From positions 1-36,144 of IMG/VR virus record IMGVR_UViG_3300015050_000775: a stretch of 36,144 nucleotides of DNA, one strand, 5' to 3'. This document shows, piece by piece, positions 26,868 to 35,819 of this stretch (positions are counted from its first letter, which is position 1; each line of letters begins with the position of its first letter). The notes under the pieces were generated by a model that had not been told where the DNA came from, did no database searches, and was given only the letters and a program-made list of their open reading frames with translations. Origin of the DNA: a virus (taxonomy: Duplodnaviria; Caudoviricetes). Both the position numbers and the translations under genes were made by a program.

Positions 26868-27293
26868 TTAAAACGGTAGGTCGTCCGTGTTTTGTTCTGT
26901 GGTCAATGGTCCAGTAAACTTATAATGCCGGTCCTCTGCCCAATACTTTTCACTGTTTTTGGTCCTGGTTATAACCTGTATGTTTCCGTCTGCATACCCT
27001 AAATGGGTTTCCTTACGGTCAACTGTTAAACTCTTCCCCAATAGTCCGGTCTTTTTAAAAAAGTTCGGCGTTGCTTTTAACACTTCGTCCAGGTGTTCAA
27101 AGGTTAGAGTAAATATTATGCCCCGCTTTTTTGCGGACCATTTTAGGTGCTGATAATAATTACGGGCCGGGTGCTTTTTTCGGTACTCCTGCATAATGTG
27201 TTTGGCGCACTTCTTATGCAAATACTTTCCTTTCCGTTTCTTTTTGTTTCTGCAAAACGGCTCCTCACATATTTTACCCGTTGATCCCTTCAT
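26868..27293 (-). CDS. HNH-like endonuclease family protein
   Basis: SAKKRGIIFTLTFE and SLTVDRK...GY..GNIQVI....N..K. Confidence 0.7.
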   Translation of the reverse strand: MKGSTGKICEEPFCRNKKKRKGKYLHKKCAKHIMQEYRKKHPARNYYQHLKWSAKKRGIIFTLTFEHLDEVLKATPNFFKKTGLLGKSLTVDRKETHLGYADGNIQVITRTKNSEKYWAEDRHYKFTGPLTTEQNTDDLPF

Positions 27294-27718
27294 TGTAATT
27301 TTCTCCTAATATATTTAACTCCGTTACTGATATTTAACCAGTCGTATAAATGCTTTTTGTTGTAAACAAACTCCCTGTCCTGCCCGTGCTGTATACAGTA
27401 CTTTGACAACTTCAAATAACCGTACTCGTCAGGGTATAGTTTAAACGTGTAAATGTTTCCTGCGTTCCATTGCTCGTATGCCTTGGTCTTAAAATCAATA
27501 TTACGGAGGAGGTATTTTATTACCTCCTCGTTTGAATATGAGCCGGCGCAGTTCATGCGGATTAAAACAAAGTACCTGCCTCCACTTTCTTTGTACCACT
27601 CTGTTGTAACCTGGTTCGGATTGTCGAACATGTCCCCCACTTTTGTAATGAGTTGAAAGGGGAATTTTAACGACCAAATAGAAAGCATTTGCAATGCGTG
27701 TGAGTCGTTACGTTTCAC
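27290..27718 (-). CDS. Hypothetical protein
   Basis: 142 aa, GTG start; coupled to next gene. Confidence 0.6.
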   Translation of the reverse strand: MKRNDSHALQMLSIWSLKFPFQLITKVGDMFDNPNQVTTEWYKESGGRYFVLIRMNCAGSYSNEEVIKYLLRNIDFKTKAYEQWNAGNIYTFKLYPDEYGYLKLSKYCIQHGQDREFVYNKKHLYDWLNISNGVKYIRRKLQ

Positions 27719-27728
27719 AACTACCCCC

Positions 27729-28031
27729 TTACTTTTTTATTTTCGTAAGGTGCGCGCGGTTGGCTTCGTCTGCTGCGTGTTTTGTGATATTGTTAATGTA
27801 CGGCATTGACTCCCGCAATTTTACAATGGTGCCAACTGCGTTGAAAAATACAGCAATGACCATGGGCAGCATACACACAGTTGCCAGTATGTATTTAATG
27901 TGCGGAGTCCTTGCGTAATCTGTGAGCAATACCCATACAACAAACCCATACGCGGCCGTTGTGAGTGCGCGCATAACTACAACTGTAATTACTTTGCGAA
28001 TGATTGTTTTTTTAACTGTTTTGTCTTCCAT
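27729..28031 (-). CDS. 2-TM membrane protein
   Basis: 100 aa, two hydrophobic helices. Confidence 0.65.
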   Translation of the reverse strand: MEDKTVKKTIIRKVITVVVMRALTTAAYGFVVWVLLTDYARTPHIKYILATVCMLPMVIAVFFNAVGTIVKLRESMPYINNITKHAADEANRAHLTKIKK

Positions 28032-28059
28032 GGTTTAAAATTTATGTTGTTTGTTTTGG

Positions 28060-28644
28060 TTAGTTGTTTCTCATAAAATTATTTAATCTTCGGTACTTCG
28101 CTGCCGCCTCTATTAACTCCTCCCGGTCCCACTTATACCGGCGCGTTGCCTCTCCCCTCTCTTCCAATATTGTTACGTACTCGCTGCCGTGTCTCTCAAT
28201 TAGTCCCTTTCTAAATCCTTCCTTGTTTCCGTCCAGGTCTATGTTGCACCGCTTGCACTGCTTATGTATGTTCATATCGTCCAACATTACGCCGCTATGC
28301 GTTTCCGCTTTCAAATAATGCCCTCCGTGCCAGTATCCAGGCTCCTGGTATGTTGTTGGGCAACTTATACAACCATGCTCCGCATCCCTCCGCCTTGCAT
28401 ATTCCTGTGCCTCTCTTTTCGCCTTTGCCTTCAGGTCCGGCAGTGATACGTTGCGTATGTCGAAATTTGCTTTTAACACGTCCACCGTGTCCGATAAATC
28501 AACGCGCATTTTGCCGACCTTCTTTTTTTCTTTTACAATATCCTGGCAGCGTTTGGAGCATGTCGTTTGCAGTGAATTGTATTGAGTAAATGTACGTCCG
28601 CAGTCTTCATTTGCGCACTCCTGTTGTCCTGGTTCTCTTCTCAT
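28060..28644 (-). CDS. ninG: NinG/Rap-family recombination endonuclease
   Basis: Y.R.RD....CISC, GGHY, NIHKQCKRCN....GN...FR.GL..R.G; extra N-terminal C4 zinc-binding motif. Confidence 0.9.
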   Translation of the reverse strand: MRREPGQQECANEDCGRTFTQYNSLQTTCSKRCQDIVKEKKKVGKMRVDLSDTVDVLKANFDIRNVSLPDLKAKAKREAQEYARRRDAEHGCISCPTTYQEPGYWHGGHYLKAETHSGVMLDDMNIHKQCKRCNIDLDGNKEGFRKGLIERHGSEYVTILEERGEATRRYKWDREELIEAAAKYRRLNNFMRNN

Positions 28645-28648
28645 TTTG

Positions 28649-29416
28649 TTAATGCAATTTTTGCCACGCGGCTGTTGGTTTTATGTTTAACTGCGCCCAC
28701 TCAACCAGTGAATAAGTGCAGGCAATCCGTTTTATAAATGAAGTCTCAACGCTTGTGTCCTTCAGGTTTTCAAACTCAATATTTAACTCCCGCATCCGCG
28801 TAATGTCTCTGCATATTTTGCGCTCGTCCTGGATCTCAACAAAACGCATCTGCCGCGCATTGTGTAAGTACCGTTGGTAATGGTCCGCCGGTATCAATCC
28901 TTTTTTTACCATTATATCATACGATCCGTTGCCCCAGTTATTTATAACTCCCTTGCCTCCGTCGTACTCTTTTAAAATTGCGGCCGGTGTCCCCTCTTCA
29001 ATTTTCTGCGCTTGCTCTTCTGAAATTGTTGGCAATACATAAGCCTGCACAACTTTTTTGGGTACGCGTTTTAATGCCTCCTGCCGCGCGTTGCTGACTC
29101 TGTAATTGTTTAACCAGTCATTCATTGCAACAATACTTATACCCATGTAAGGACCGTAAGTTTTACGGACGCCCAGGGCAAACGCTTCCTCCACTTCCTC
29201 AAAACATAAATCTTTGTGGTACCGGTTTAAATCCCTTGTCATTCCGTCGGTCAGGTCGTCCAATTTGTTTGGCTCGTCTACCAATGCAGAATAAAACCCG
29301 GCGTCTCCGTATGTTTTATGTATTAAAATTTTAACCTTCGCCCGCAACTCTACCACGTAATACGTTGCAATTTTTTTGCCGGATAAAAGTTTATTTTGTC
29401 TGTCCTTTTCGTCCAT
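28649..29416 (-). CDS. Putative replication accessory protein
   Basis: 255 aa directly downstream of initiator-like gene; function from synteny only. Confidence 0.45.
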   Translation of the reverse strand: MDEKDRQNKLLSGKKIATYYVVELRAKVKILIHKTYGDAGFYSALVDEPNKLDDLTDGMTRDLNRYHKDLCFEEVEEAFALGVRKTYGPYMGISIVAMNDWLNNYRVSNARQEALKRVPKKVVQAYVLPTISEEQAQKIEEGTPAAILKEYDGGKGVINNWGNGSYDIMVKKGLIPADHYQRYLHNARQMRFVEIQDERKICRDITRMRELNIEFENLKDTSVETSFIKRIACTYSLVEWAQLNIKPTAAWQKLH

Positions 29417-29418
29417 GA

Positions 29419-30198
29419 CTATACTAATTTTTGAAATTGTGTGTACTTCCCTGCGCTGCTGTGTTTCTCATACCCCTTGCTCTTTTTGGCCCATGTTGCC
29501 AGTCGTCCCGGCAAACTCCAAAATGTATGTTGCTCCCGCATAAACTTTGTCCTGGACTTATTCGGTGCGGACCAATACGCGTAAAACTCGTCTAACATTT
29601 CCTGTCCGTATTTTTCAATGTATGGAGTCAGTGTTTGTTTAAACTCCTGCATGCGGTCCAACATTGCAACCTCTTTGTCTTCCGCTTTTTTTGCGCTTCG
29701 GTTTGGGTTTCCTGGCTCTTCCGGTTTTGGCTTCTCTTCCTCCGGCTTTACAACAACCTTTTTTTCTGCTTTCTTTGGTGCTTCAGGTGCTTGTATTACA
29801 ACTTCCCTTTTGTCCTCCGTGTAACTTACTCTCTGTGCATTAGTCAGTTTTAAACTTTCGTCAATCAATCCCAACCCCCGCAGCTCAATAATAATATTTT
29901 TGTGCGCCGGGTTCGTTGCTGTCAATCCTTTTGGGTATTGATGTATAATGAAGTCTCTGAAAAAATAACGGCCTCCTGGCAATGGTAACGCCTTGCCTGT
30001 TTTAACAAAGTCTGTAATAAAATCGTCCTCCGTAAAAACTTGATCCAGGTACGCGGACGCAATTTTTGTATCCAGTGTCCAAATGCCTGCGTTTGTACAC
30101 TCGCAAATAACATACACGTAAAACAGTTTTGACACGACCGTTAACGACCGGACAAACGGAGCCTTGAAAAATGTTGAGTCAATGTTTCTGTTTGGCAT
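29419..30198 (-). CDS. Putative replication initiator protein
   Basis: N-terminal winged-helix-like region (KLFYVYVICECTNAGIW), K/E/P linker, C-terminal F..YW...RLATW domain. Confidence 0.7.
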   Translation of the reverse strand: MPNRNIDSTFFKAPFVRSLTVVSKLFYVYVICECTNAGIWTLDTKIASAYLDQVFTEDDFITDFVKTGKALPLPGGRYFFRDFIIHQYPKGLTATNPAHKNIIIELRGLGLIDESLKLTNAQRVSYTEDKREVVIQAPEAPKKAEKKVVVKPEEEKPKPEEPGNPNRSAKKAEDKEVAMLDRMQEFKQTLTPYIEKYGQEMLDEFYAYWSAPNKSRTKFMREQHTFWSLPGRLATWAKKSKGYEKHSSAGKYTQFQKLV

Positions 30199-30209
30199 AA
30201 CACCGTTTT

Positions 30210-30416
30210 TTATTTGTGTTTAGTTAGGTACTTGTGTCTGACTAACTCATTATCCGCAAACTCTTTTATTGCTTGCTTAACCTTCGGCGCAATGGCTTTT
30301 AATACGCGTATCCCTACAACCTTTGTCTCCTCTTTTTTGTGCGCTCCTGCCCGGTCTCTCTTCCCTCCGCTTCCCGGTTTCCTTTTGCTTGTTGGTAATC
30401 TCTTTTTTGCTGTCAT
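30210..30416 (-). CDS. Small basic DNA-binding protein candidate
   Basis: GGKRDRAGAHKK followed by beta-alpha segment TKVVGIRV... Confidence 0.6.
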   Translation of the reverse strand: MTAKKRLPTSKRKPGSGGKRDRAGAHKKEETKVVGIRVLKAIAPKVKQAIKEFADNELVRHKYLTKHK

Positions 30417-30577
30417 GCCTTTACTGGTTTTTGTGTGGATGCCACACCTATTGTAATTTGTTTCTCCCGCATTTCGTTTAACTGGCCCTGCGTTGCCTTG
30501 TTGCGTTCTGCCATAACTTTACGCCAGTGGTCCCACTCTATCCCGGGGTAATTTTCGCCTTTTATATCTGTTTTCAT
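30413..30577 (-). CDS. 54-aa hypothetical protein, not in ORF track
   Basis: MKTDIKGENYPGIEWDHWRKVMAERNK...; ATGA overlap with next gene. Confidence 0.6.
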   Translation of the reverse strand: MKTDIKGENYPGIEWDHWRKVMAERNKATQGQLNEMREKQITIGVASTQKPVKA

Positions 30578-30597
30578 ACGCTTTTTTTTGCTTTTTA

Positions 30598-30686
30598 CGT
30601 AAAGGGGCGGGCCATAAATCCGCCCCTATTACTAACCTATGAAACTGACCGCGCGCCCCTTCTCACTTAGACGCACGGGCAGCCGC
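30598..30686 (-). ncRNA. Candidate small structured RNA / 3'UTR with terminator-like hairpin
   Basis: G-U-containing stem CCGUGCGUC/GGCGCGCGG, single-stranded linker, then AGGGGCGG/CCGCCCCU hairpin. Confidence 0.4.
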
Positions 30687-30690
30687 TTTT

Positions 30691-31059
30691 TTACCTTCCC
30701 ATTGTCCCCAACGTTGTATACAACCCGGTTACTTTTGTAAATATTTCGCGCAACTGGTCGCAATATACACCCTCAAACGTTTGCTCGTTGCTTATTTTGA
30801 CGTCCGTATAATTAACAATTCGTTGATTGTAAAATTTCATTGTATATGTGTCATTAGCATTCAATACTATTTTTAACCGGTTAACCTTTCCGCTATTCTT
30901 TGATAAGTCCATACGCAACCAAATGTTTGGGTTTGACTCTGTGATCTCTGCAAATAGCATGTTTTTACTCCCCGTCATTGCCACAAATTTACGCCCGCCT
31001 AACTGTTGTAAAATTTCTGCTGCAATTGTTTGTGCTGTTGTTGTTGTCTCGTTGTTCAT
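30691..31059 (-). CDS. Conserved phage early hypothetical protein
   Basis: ILQQLGG.KF.AMTG...DTYT..F...VY.DQL...F...TGL.T.L pattern; start re-called to ATG 31059 because TTG 31086 lies in the promoter. Confidence 0.8.
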   Translation of the reverse strand: MNNETTTTAQTIAAEILQQLGGRKFVAMTGSKNMLFAEITESNPNIWLRMDLSKNSGKVNRLKIVLNANDTYTMKFYNQRIVNYTDVKISNEQTFEGVYCDQLREIFTKVTGLYTTLGTMGR

Positions 31060-31083
31060 AATTTCGTTTTGTCTATCTGTTGT

Positions 31084-31151
31084 CAAATGTAATATTATTT
31101 TTGAAACCTGTTTACAATATTCAAAACTATTTTATAACTTACTGGTATTTA
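31084..31151 (-). promoter_or_regulatory. 68-bp repeated early promoter, copy A
   Basis: 63/68 identical to 35820-35887; ends in TACATTTG. Confidence 0.85.
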
Positions 31152-31451
31152 CTCTTTTATTTTTCGCTTTGGGTTTAAAATCTGTCTCAGTCCTGGCGCG
31201 TTTTCCAGTTTTAAAACCCTTGTCTCCGGGATCTTCACGGCCCCGGTCCCTCCAAAATAATCCTGTCCGGTCCTCGCTTTCCTGGTCGCAGGTTTAAATA
31301 CTCCAAAACCTTGTACAACTGTTTTTTCTCCCCTGGCTGCGGCTTTCTCTATTTCCGCAAACACTCCGTCCACTATAACGCGTACCTCTTTTTTTAACAA
31401 CAACGTCCTGTTTGCTTTGTAAAGGTTATCAACTATTGTGTCCTTATTCAT
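31149..31451 (-). CDS. HU/IHF-family DNA-binding protein
   Basis: MNK..IV..L, GEKTVVQGFGVF....RKARTG.....G..VKIP. Confidence 0.92.
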   Translation of the reverse strand: MNKDTIVDNLYKANRTLLLKKEVRVIVDGVFAEIEKAAARGEKTVVQGFGVFKPATRKARTGQDYFGGTGAVKIPETRVLKLENAPGLRQILNPKRKIKE

Positions 31452-31843
31452 ATTGGTAATTCCTTTCCTGTTAAAGCCAAATAATAATTTTGGACCTGGT
31501 GCAAATACTCCATTGCAACCGGGCTGTTAAACGAGTGTGCCCCCGTTGGGTTGAATATCCACAAAACCCCATTGTCCGGGTTTATTGCCAGTGTGCTGCC
31601 TCCTATTGCTATTCTGTAAAAACAGTCGGAAAGCGTTGCCCCTCCTCTTTTAAACCCTGCTGCAACAAGTTTTGCCGCAGTTAGTACAACCGGCTCCCAT
31701 TGTTTCAGTGTGCGCGTTTTGTTTGCACTACCTACATACTCCCCCTCTATCCGGTCCTCAAATATTGCGCATACTTTGTAAAATATTCCGGCCTCGTCGG
31801 TAACGACGTTGCCCAATCTTAGTGTCGTGTTTTTGTGATCCAT
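31448..31843 (-). CDS. Hypothetical protein
   Basis: Start re-called at MDHK; LRLGNVV...YLHQVQNYYLALTGKEL. Confidence 0.7.
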   Translation of the reverse strand: MDHKNTTLRLGNVVTDEAGIFYKVCAIFEDRIEGEYVGSANKTRTLKQWEPVVLTAAKLVAAGFKRGGATLSDCFYRIAIGGSTLAINPDNGVLWIFNPTGAHSFNSPVAMEYLHQVQNYYLALTGKELPI

Positions 31844-31844
31844 T

Positions 31845-32132
31845 TTATTTTTGGTTTTGTTGTGTACCGTGAAAACTCCACACAAATATTGTTGTGTACC
31901 AATTGCCGTTGAACTCGCGACTCTCCGGGCGGACCTGGCAAATTACCTCCTGCCCTATCCGGTAGTAACTGAATTGGTCAACCTTGCTCTCTCCAAATAT
32001 TTGCAGGCATATTTTTTTTGGGTATTGTTCCAGTGTCTCAATTATAAACTCCTGTTTGTGCCACTCTTTGCCGCCTTTGCTTACCCCTTGCGCGGCGGGC
32101 ATTACTTCAATAATTTTCCCTCTTAATTCCAT
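31845..32132 (-). CDS. DUF3127-like OB-fold ssDNA-binding protein
   Basis: MEL.GKII.V.....G.SK.G.EW.KQEFIIET.EQYPKKIC; SREFNG.WYT. Confidence 0.88.
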   Translation of the reverse strand: MELRGKIIEVMPAAQGVSKGGKEWHKQEFIIETLEQYPKKICLQIFGESKVDQFSYYRIGQEVICQVRPESREFNGNWYTTIFVWSFHGTQQNQK

Positions 32133-32377
32133 TACTTTATGTTTGTTTTAATCTTCAATAAAACCGGCTTTCTGTTGTCAACGTGATCCATTATTTTACT
32201 TAATGTTGTTGCAGGGTGCCCGTAAATTGTAAACGTTATATGTAACATGTCGTCCTGTGCGTTAATACTATACCCGGATAGACTTGCATACACTTTTAAA
32301 TTTTTTCTCTCCGGTCTTTTTTTCTCTCCAACCTTCCGCCGCTCCTGCGGGTCCGGCATTGTCGTTAGTATACACAT
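32132..32377 (-). CDS. Hypothetical protein
   Basis: 81 aa; TAATG coupling on both sides. Confidence 0.6.
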   Translation of the reverse strand: MCILTTMPDPQERRKVGEKKRPERKNLKVYASLSGYSINAQDDMLHITFTIYGHPATTLSKIMDHVDNRKPVLLKIKTNIK

Positions 32378-32550
32378 TATCTTTTAAACTTTTTACGCAG
32401 TGGGTTGCATAGTGTCCGGTCGTTTCTCCAAATTTTACGCGCGGCCGGTAAATGTTTGGTCCCTTTAAATATTGTCTCCACGTCCTGCGGAGTCAAATAC
32501 TTTTTACGGTGCTTCAGTTTGTAAACTGTCATTTTTAATTGTATGTCCAT
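32377..32550 (-). CDS. 57-aa basic hypothetical protein, not in ORF track
   Basis: MDIQLKMTVYKLKHRKKYLTPQDVETIF...; TAATG overlap. Confidence 0.6.
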   Translation of the reverse strand: MDIQLKMTVYKLKHRKKYLTPQDVETIFKGTKHLPAARKIWRNDRTLCNPLRKKFKR

Positions 32551-32570
32551 GGTGTGTATGTGTATGTGTG

Positions 32571-34589
32571 TTATGGTAAATAATATCCCTGGAAACGTAT
32601 TACCTCCTCAAACTCCGGGGACTTAATCAACCCGTCTCCCTGGCCTCCCAATGCTTCTGCGCCTCCCTCGTCCAGTACAACGTAACTGTCAACCTCTTTG
32701 GGTACCTTAAAACAAACGAGTACTTGAAAATTAACCTTTGCGTCTCCGGTAATTACTTTTGTTGACGCACGTTGAGTTGCTGCACACACACGGTACCCTG
32801 TTGATCTTCCCTTTTGAGTCAACATGCGTATGTTTTCCTCTAACGACTTATCCCCGTTTAACGCTTTGCCTTTACGACCGGCCGCCACTGCGTCGGCAAA
32901 CTCTTCCGCAATAACCAGTTTTTTTATTTTGCGCCCGTCTCTTATATTCTCATTCATTTCCTCAACTAAATACGCCGCCTCATACTCAATACTGGATATT
33001 TCGTTTACCACTTTTACGCGGCTTCTGCTGCTATAATCCACAAACTCATATTTTGGATCCAAAATTAAAACATCATAACCGGCCAGTAATGCGTACTCAA
33101 TAATTGTCTTAACCAAAACCGATTTACCGGAGCCGGCCGCGCCACAAATCAACGCGTTTGTTGTTGACGGGTTGTTTAAGTCCCAATAAACTAACTGTCC
33201 GAAGTTGTCCCGGCCTATTGGTAATTTTGAGTCCTTCAGGTCTGCGGGCGTCCAGTCTAATACCCTCTCCCTTTTTTTGCTTACTTCCACCGGCAAGTAA
33301 CTGCGCCCCTGGTAAACTGTCAGCGCATTACCAATGCGGACAGTCGGTTTGTTTAATGCGCTTGCAATGTCCAATTTATGTGAACTAATAGAGGATACTT
33401 TTGTACCTCCTGAAACCTCCAACAAATAACTGTTACTGCTATATCCTTCTATTACATGCGCAACCTGTACAAATGCGCCAAATGTTTTTAAAACGTGTGT
33501 TATTTTTTCCTCGTTCGTCATGTCTTTACTGCTTATGTCGTACCGTATAAAGTCGGACGCTTTTTGTTTAAATTGTTTTATTACTTTTGGGTTTATTGTT
33601 GCAACTGACGCGTCGCGTATTTTTCGCTGCCTCTTCTCAATGAGTCCCCGTTTCTTTGGTTGTATATCAAACTCTCCAACCTCTGCAATCATTGTCTTGC
33701 ACCAAAAGTCAAATATTTCCGCCGGATCCTGCATGTTGTCGTGCGGGTTTATTAAAAATACATAATCCTCGTCCTGCACCGCCTGCACCATTCTGCGCAA
33801 TGGTTCGTATAACATTGACTCGTAAAGTTTCCGGTTGTCTTCTGTTACTTCAATAATAAACTTGTTGAGCTGCGGGCCGCCGTCTCTGTTTTTTGAGTAT
33901 TTGTTTTCTATAAACCAAACCTCATTTACCGTCAATCCCGTTTTTGACTCATACGCACATACGTATGCAATTGCCTGCTGTCCTCTTATTAACGCAATAT
34001 CCACCTCGTCCGAAAATATACCAACGCTTTTGTGATCCACAATTACAACCTTTCCGTTTTTTAACTTCAGTACTAAGTCAATTTTTGCGTGAATTGGTAG
34101 CGGAATGTCCACGCCGTTTACAACAACCCACTCGTTGCAATAAACCTCTATGTCCAATATCTCTGCCACGTCGTCCATGTAAATACCGGCCTCCTTCAGA
34201 AAGTTTGCAACCAGTTGTACAGAGTGTTTTATTACTGTTTGCTTAAACTCCTCCACGCTTGGAGTTGTTTTGCCTAATCTCATTGCGTTTGCTCCCGTCT
34301 CCTCAATCTCTGCAAATGCTTCCGCCTCCAAATCAACAACGCTCAACTCCTCCCCTGTTTGCAATGCTTTAAAATTGGCCTCCATTGCAGCATGGTACGC
34401 GTTGCCCGCAATTGCTGACGGCCCCATTTTTGATTTTTCACCATACACGTATTGCATTTCAAATACTTTCTCGTTACGTGCAAATGTTGTTACCTTGCTG
34501 TAACTCCACGACTCTATTAAAAACCCGCTAAAATGCTCCTCGTATTGGTCGTTGTTGTATGACTTGTATTTACTCGTTTGGTTGCTCAT
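32571..34589 (-). CDS. PD-(D/E)XK nuclease fused to FtsK/SpoIIIE-type ATPase
   Basis: WSYSKV, GNAYHAAME, KIDLV...IVDHKS, QAIAY; then ALICGAAGSGKS, LVIAEEFAD, QKGRSTG, ATQRAS, GAEALGGQGDGL. Confidence 0.88.
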   Translation of the reverse strand: MSNQTSKYKSYNNDQYEEHFSGFLIESWSYSKVTTFARNEKVFEMQYVYGEKSKMGPSAIAGNAYHAAMEANFKALQTGEELSVVDLEAEAFAEIEETGANAMRLGKTTPSVEEFKQTVIKHSVQLVANFLKEAGIYMDDVAEILDIEVYCNEWVVVNGVDIPLPIHAKIDLVLKLKNGKVVIVDHKSVGIFSDEVDIALIRGQQAIAYVCAYESKTGLTVNEVWFIENKYSKNRDGGPQLNKFIIEVTEDNRKLYESMLYEPLRRMVQAVQDEDYVFLINPHDNMQDPAEIFDFWCKTMIAEVGEFDIQPKKRGLIEKRQRKIRDASVATINPKVIKQFKQKASDFIRYDISSKDMTNEEKITHVLKTFGAFVQVAHVIEGYSSNSYLLEVSGGTKVSSISSHKLDIASALNKPTVRIGNALTVYQGRSYLPVEVSKKRERVLDWTPADLKDSKLPIGRDNFGQLVYWDLNNPSTTNALICGAAGSGKSVLVKTIIEYALLAGYDVLILDPKYEFVDYSSRSRVKVVNEISSIEYEAAYLVEEMNENIRDGRKIKKLVIAEEFADAVAAGRKGKALNGDKSLEENIRMLTQKGRSTGYRVCAATQRASTKVITGDAKVNFQVLVCFKVPKEVDSYVVLDEGGAEALGGQGDGLIKSPEFEEVIRFQGYYLP

Positions 34590-35305
34590 AACATTACCTC
34601 CACCTTTTTAACCGCTCCTGTTTTTTTATCTGATTTTAACGCGCGTTTGCGGGCCGTGCCTGTCTCTTTTACTGGCGTTGTATCCGCAACCTCTCCGTCC
34701 GGTATTTGTATCCCGTTTATCTTGCTTAAAATGTATGCTGCCCCCTTGCGTATTGCTTTGCCGTTTATTGAGTCATGCGACGCACCACGGCCCACATGTA
34801 TTGCAACAGGCAATGTTATGCGCGCGTGTGTCTCAAACGCTGTCCACTCAATTAAAATGTCAACAAACGCCGTTACTCCTACCACTTTTGCAGGCTGTGG
34901 GATTATTGAGTAAGTTAAAAATGTTTGTTTGTCCAGTAAATAAATTACACCCTCCTTGGTTGGGTACATTTTGCCGCCCAAAATATTAAACTGGTTCCCG
35001 TAAACCTGAAGTCCCATTAAAACGGCGTCCATTACGCAACGCTTTACAACTTCCATTGCGTAACCGGTGCCGGCGGTCCCGTCCTGGTTCGTGTCCATGT
35101 CTGTACAGAAACCCAGTTTTTTGCCCTGAAGATACATTAACGGGGCCATGACTTCCGGCGTTAACATTTCGTCCATTTGCCTGTACGCCTCTGCAATTTT
35201 GTACCCTCTCGCTAACCCGTCCTCCCCTTTTGTTTGTATTACCTCCAAAACCATACCGTCCATGGTGGCAATAACTTCCTCGAATTTTAGTTTTTGCTTT
35301 TTCAT
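34586..35305 (-). CDS. Putative single-strand annealing (RecT-like) protein
   Basis: DAVLMGL...GNQFNILGGKMYPTKEG resembles the RecT core; ATGA-coupled to the nuclease. Confidence 0.5.
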   Translation of the reverse strand: MKKQKLKFEEVIATMDGMVLEVIQTKGEDGLARGYKIAEAYRQMDEMLTPEVMAPLMYLQGKKLGFCTDMDTNQDGTAGTGYAMEVVKRCVMDAVLMGLQVYGNQFNILGGKMYPTKEGVIYLLDKQTFLTYSIIPQPAKVVGVTAFVDILIEWTAFETHARITLPVAIHVGRGASHDSINGKAIRKGAAYILSKINGIQIPDGEVADTTPVKETGTARKRALKSDKKTGAVKKVEVML

Positions 35306-35376
35306 TTTGTGTCTCGTTATTTTTTTTTAAAGTAGTAGCCTACCGCCTTCCGGTTTCAGCTACCTACTAAGTTTTG

Positions 35377-35778
35377 TTAGTTAATTTTATTTCCCGCTTT
35401 CCAGGTCGCCAATACTTCCCCCTCCTCTTTTGCCATTGTCGTATACAACGAATTGCCCCTTTTAATTACATACATTGTATTTGCAAGTTTTACCGACAAC
35501 TCCCGGGCCTCTTCGTTTACCATTTCAAACGTCACGGTTGTTGTAATACTTTTTAAGTGCGCAACGTTTGCCCTGGCTTCCGGCCTGTTTGCGAAAAAAC
35601 GGCCGCTGTCCCCTTTGCCTATTAAGTCCAACCGCGAAAAATAAAAATTTCCTTCAGGTGAACACGCAATATAATTGCCGTTGTTGCTTTTTCTGCTCGT
35701 AATAACCTCTCCTGCTTCATTTGTCACCACATAGGTAAAGGATCCGTTTTTGTTTTCTGTTCTCGTTAAAGTATTCAT
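35377..35778 (-). CDS. Early hypothetical protein
   Basis: 133 aa; first gene after promoter copy B. Confidence 0.7.
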   Translation of the reverse strand: MNTLTRTENKNGSFTYVVTNEAGEVITSRKSNNGNYIACSPEGNFYFSRLDLIGKGDSGRFFANRPEARANVAHLKSITTTVTFEMVNEEARELSVKLANTMYVIKRGNSLYTTMAKEEGEVLATWKAGNKIN

Positions 35779-35819
35779 GTTAGTAGGTTTTAAGAGTTGC
35801 TATGTTGCTGACTCGTGGA

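Noticed and set aside
29419-29421. Stop-codon reassignment or TAG readthrough
   Set aside because: Core genes are intact in the standard code, and this TAG is out of frame with the next gene
29680-29790. Replication origin iterons in the initiator linker
   Set aside because: Only short repeats explained by PEE/KK codons; no clear iteron array
32551-32570. GTGTGTATGTGTATGTGTG short repeat
   Set aside because: Too short; consistent with an unstructured AC-rich translation initiation region
32571-33500. FtsK domain as the genome-packaging ATPase
   Set aside because: A terminase and portal are present, and the gene lies in the early recombination module
35331-35370. Intergenic hairpin after 35377..35778
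   Set aside because: Stem is imperfect and bulged; not supportable as a terminator or RNA gene
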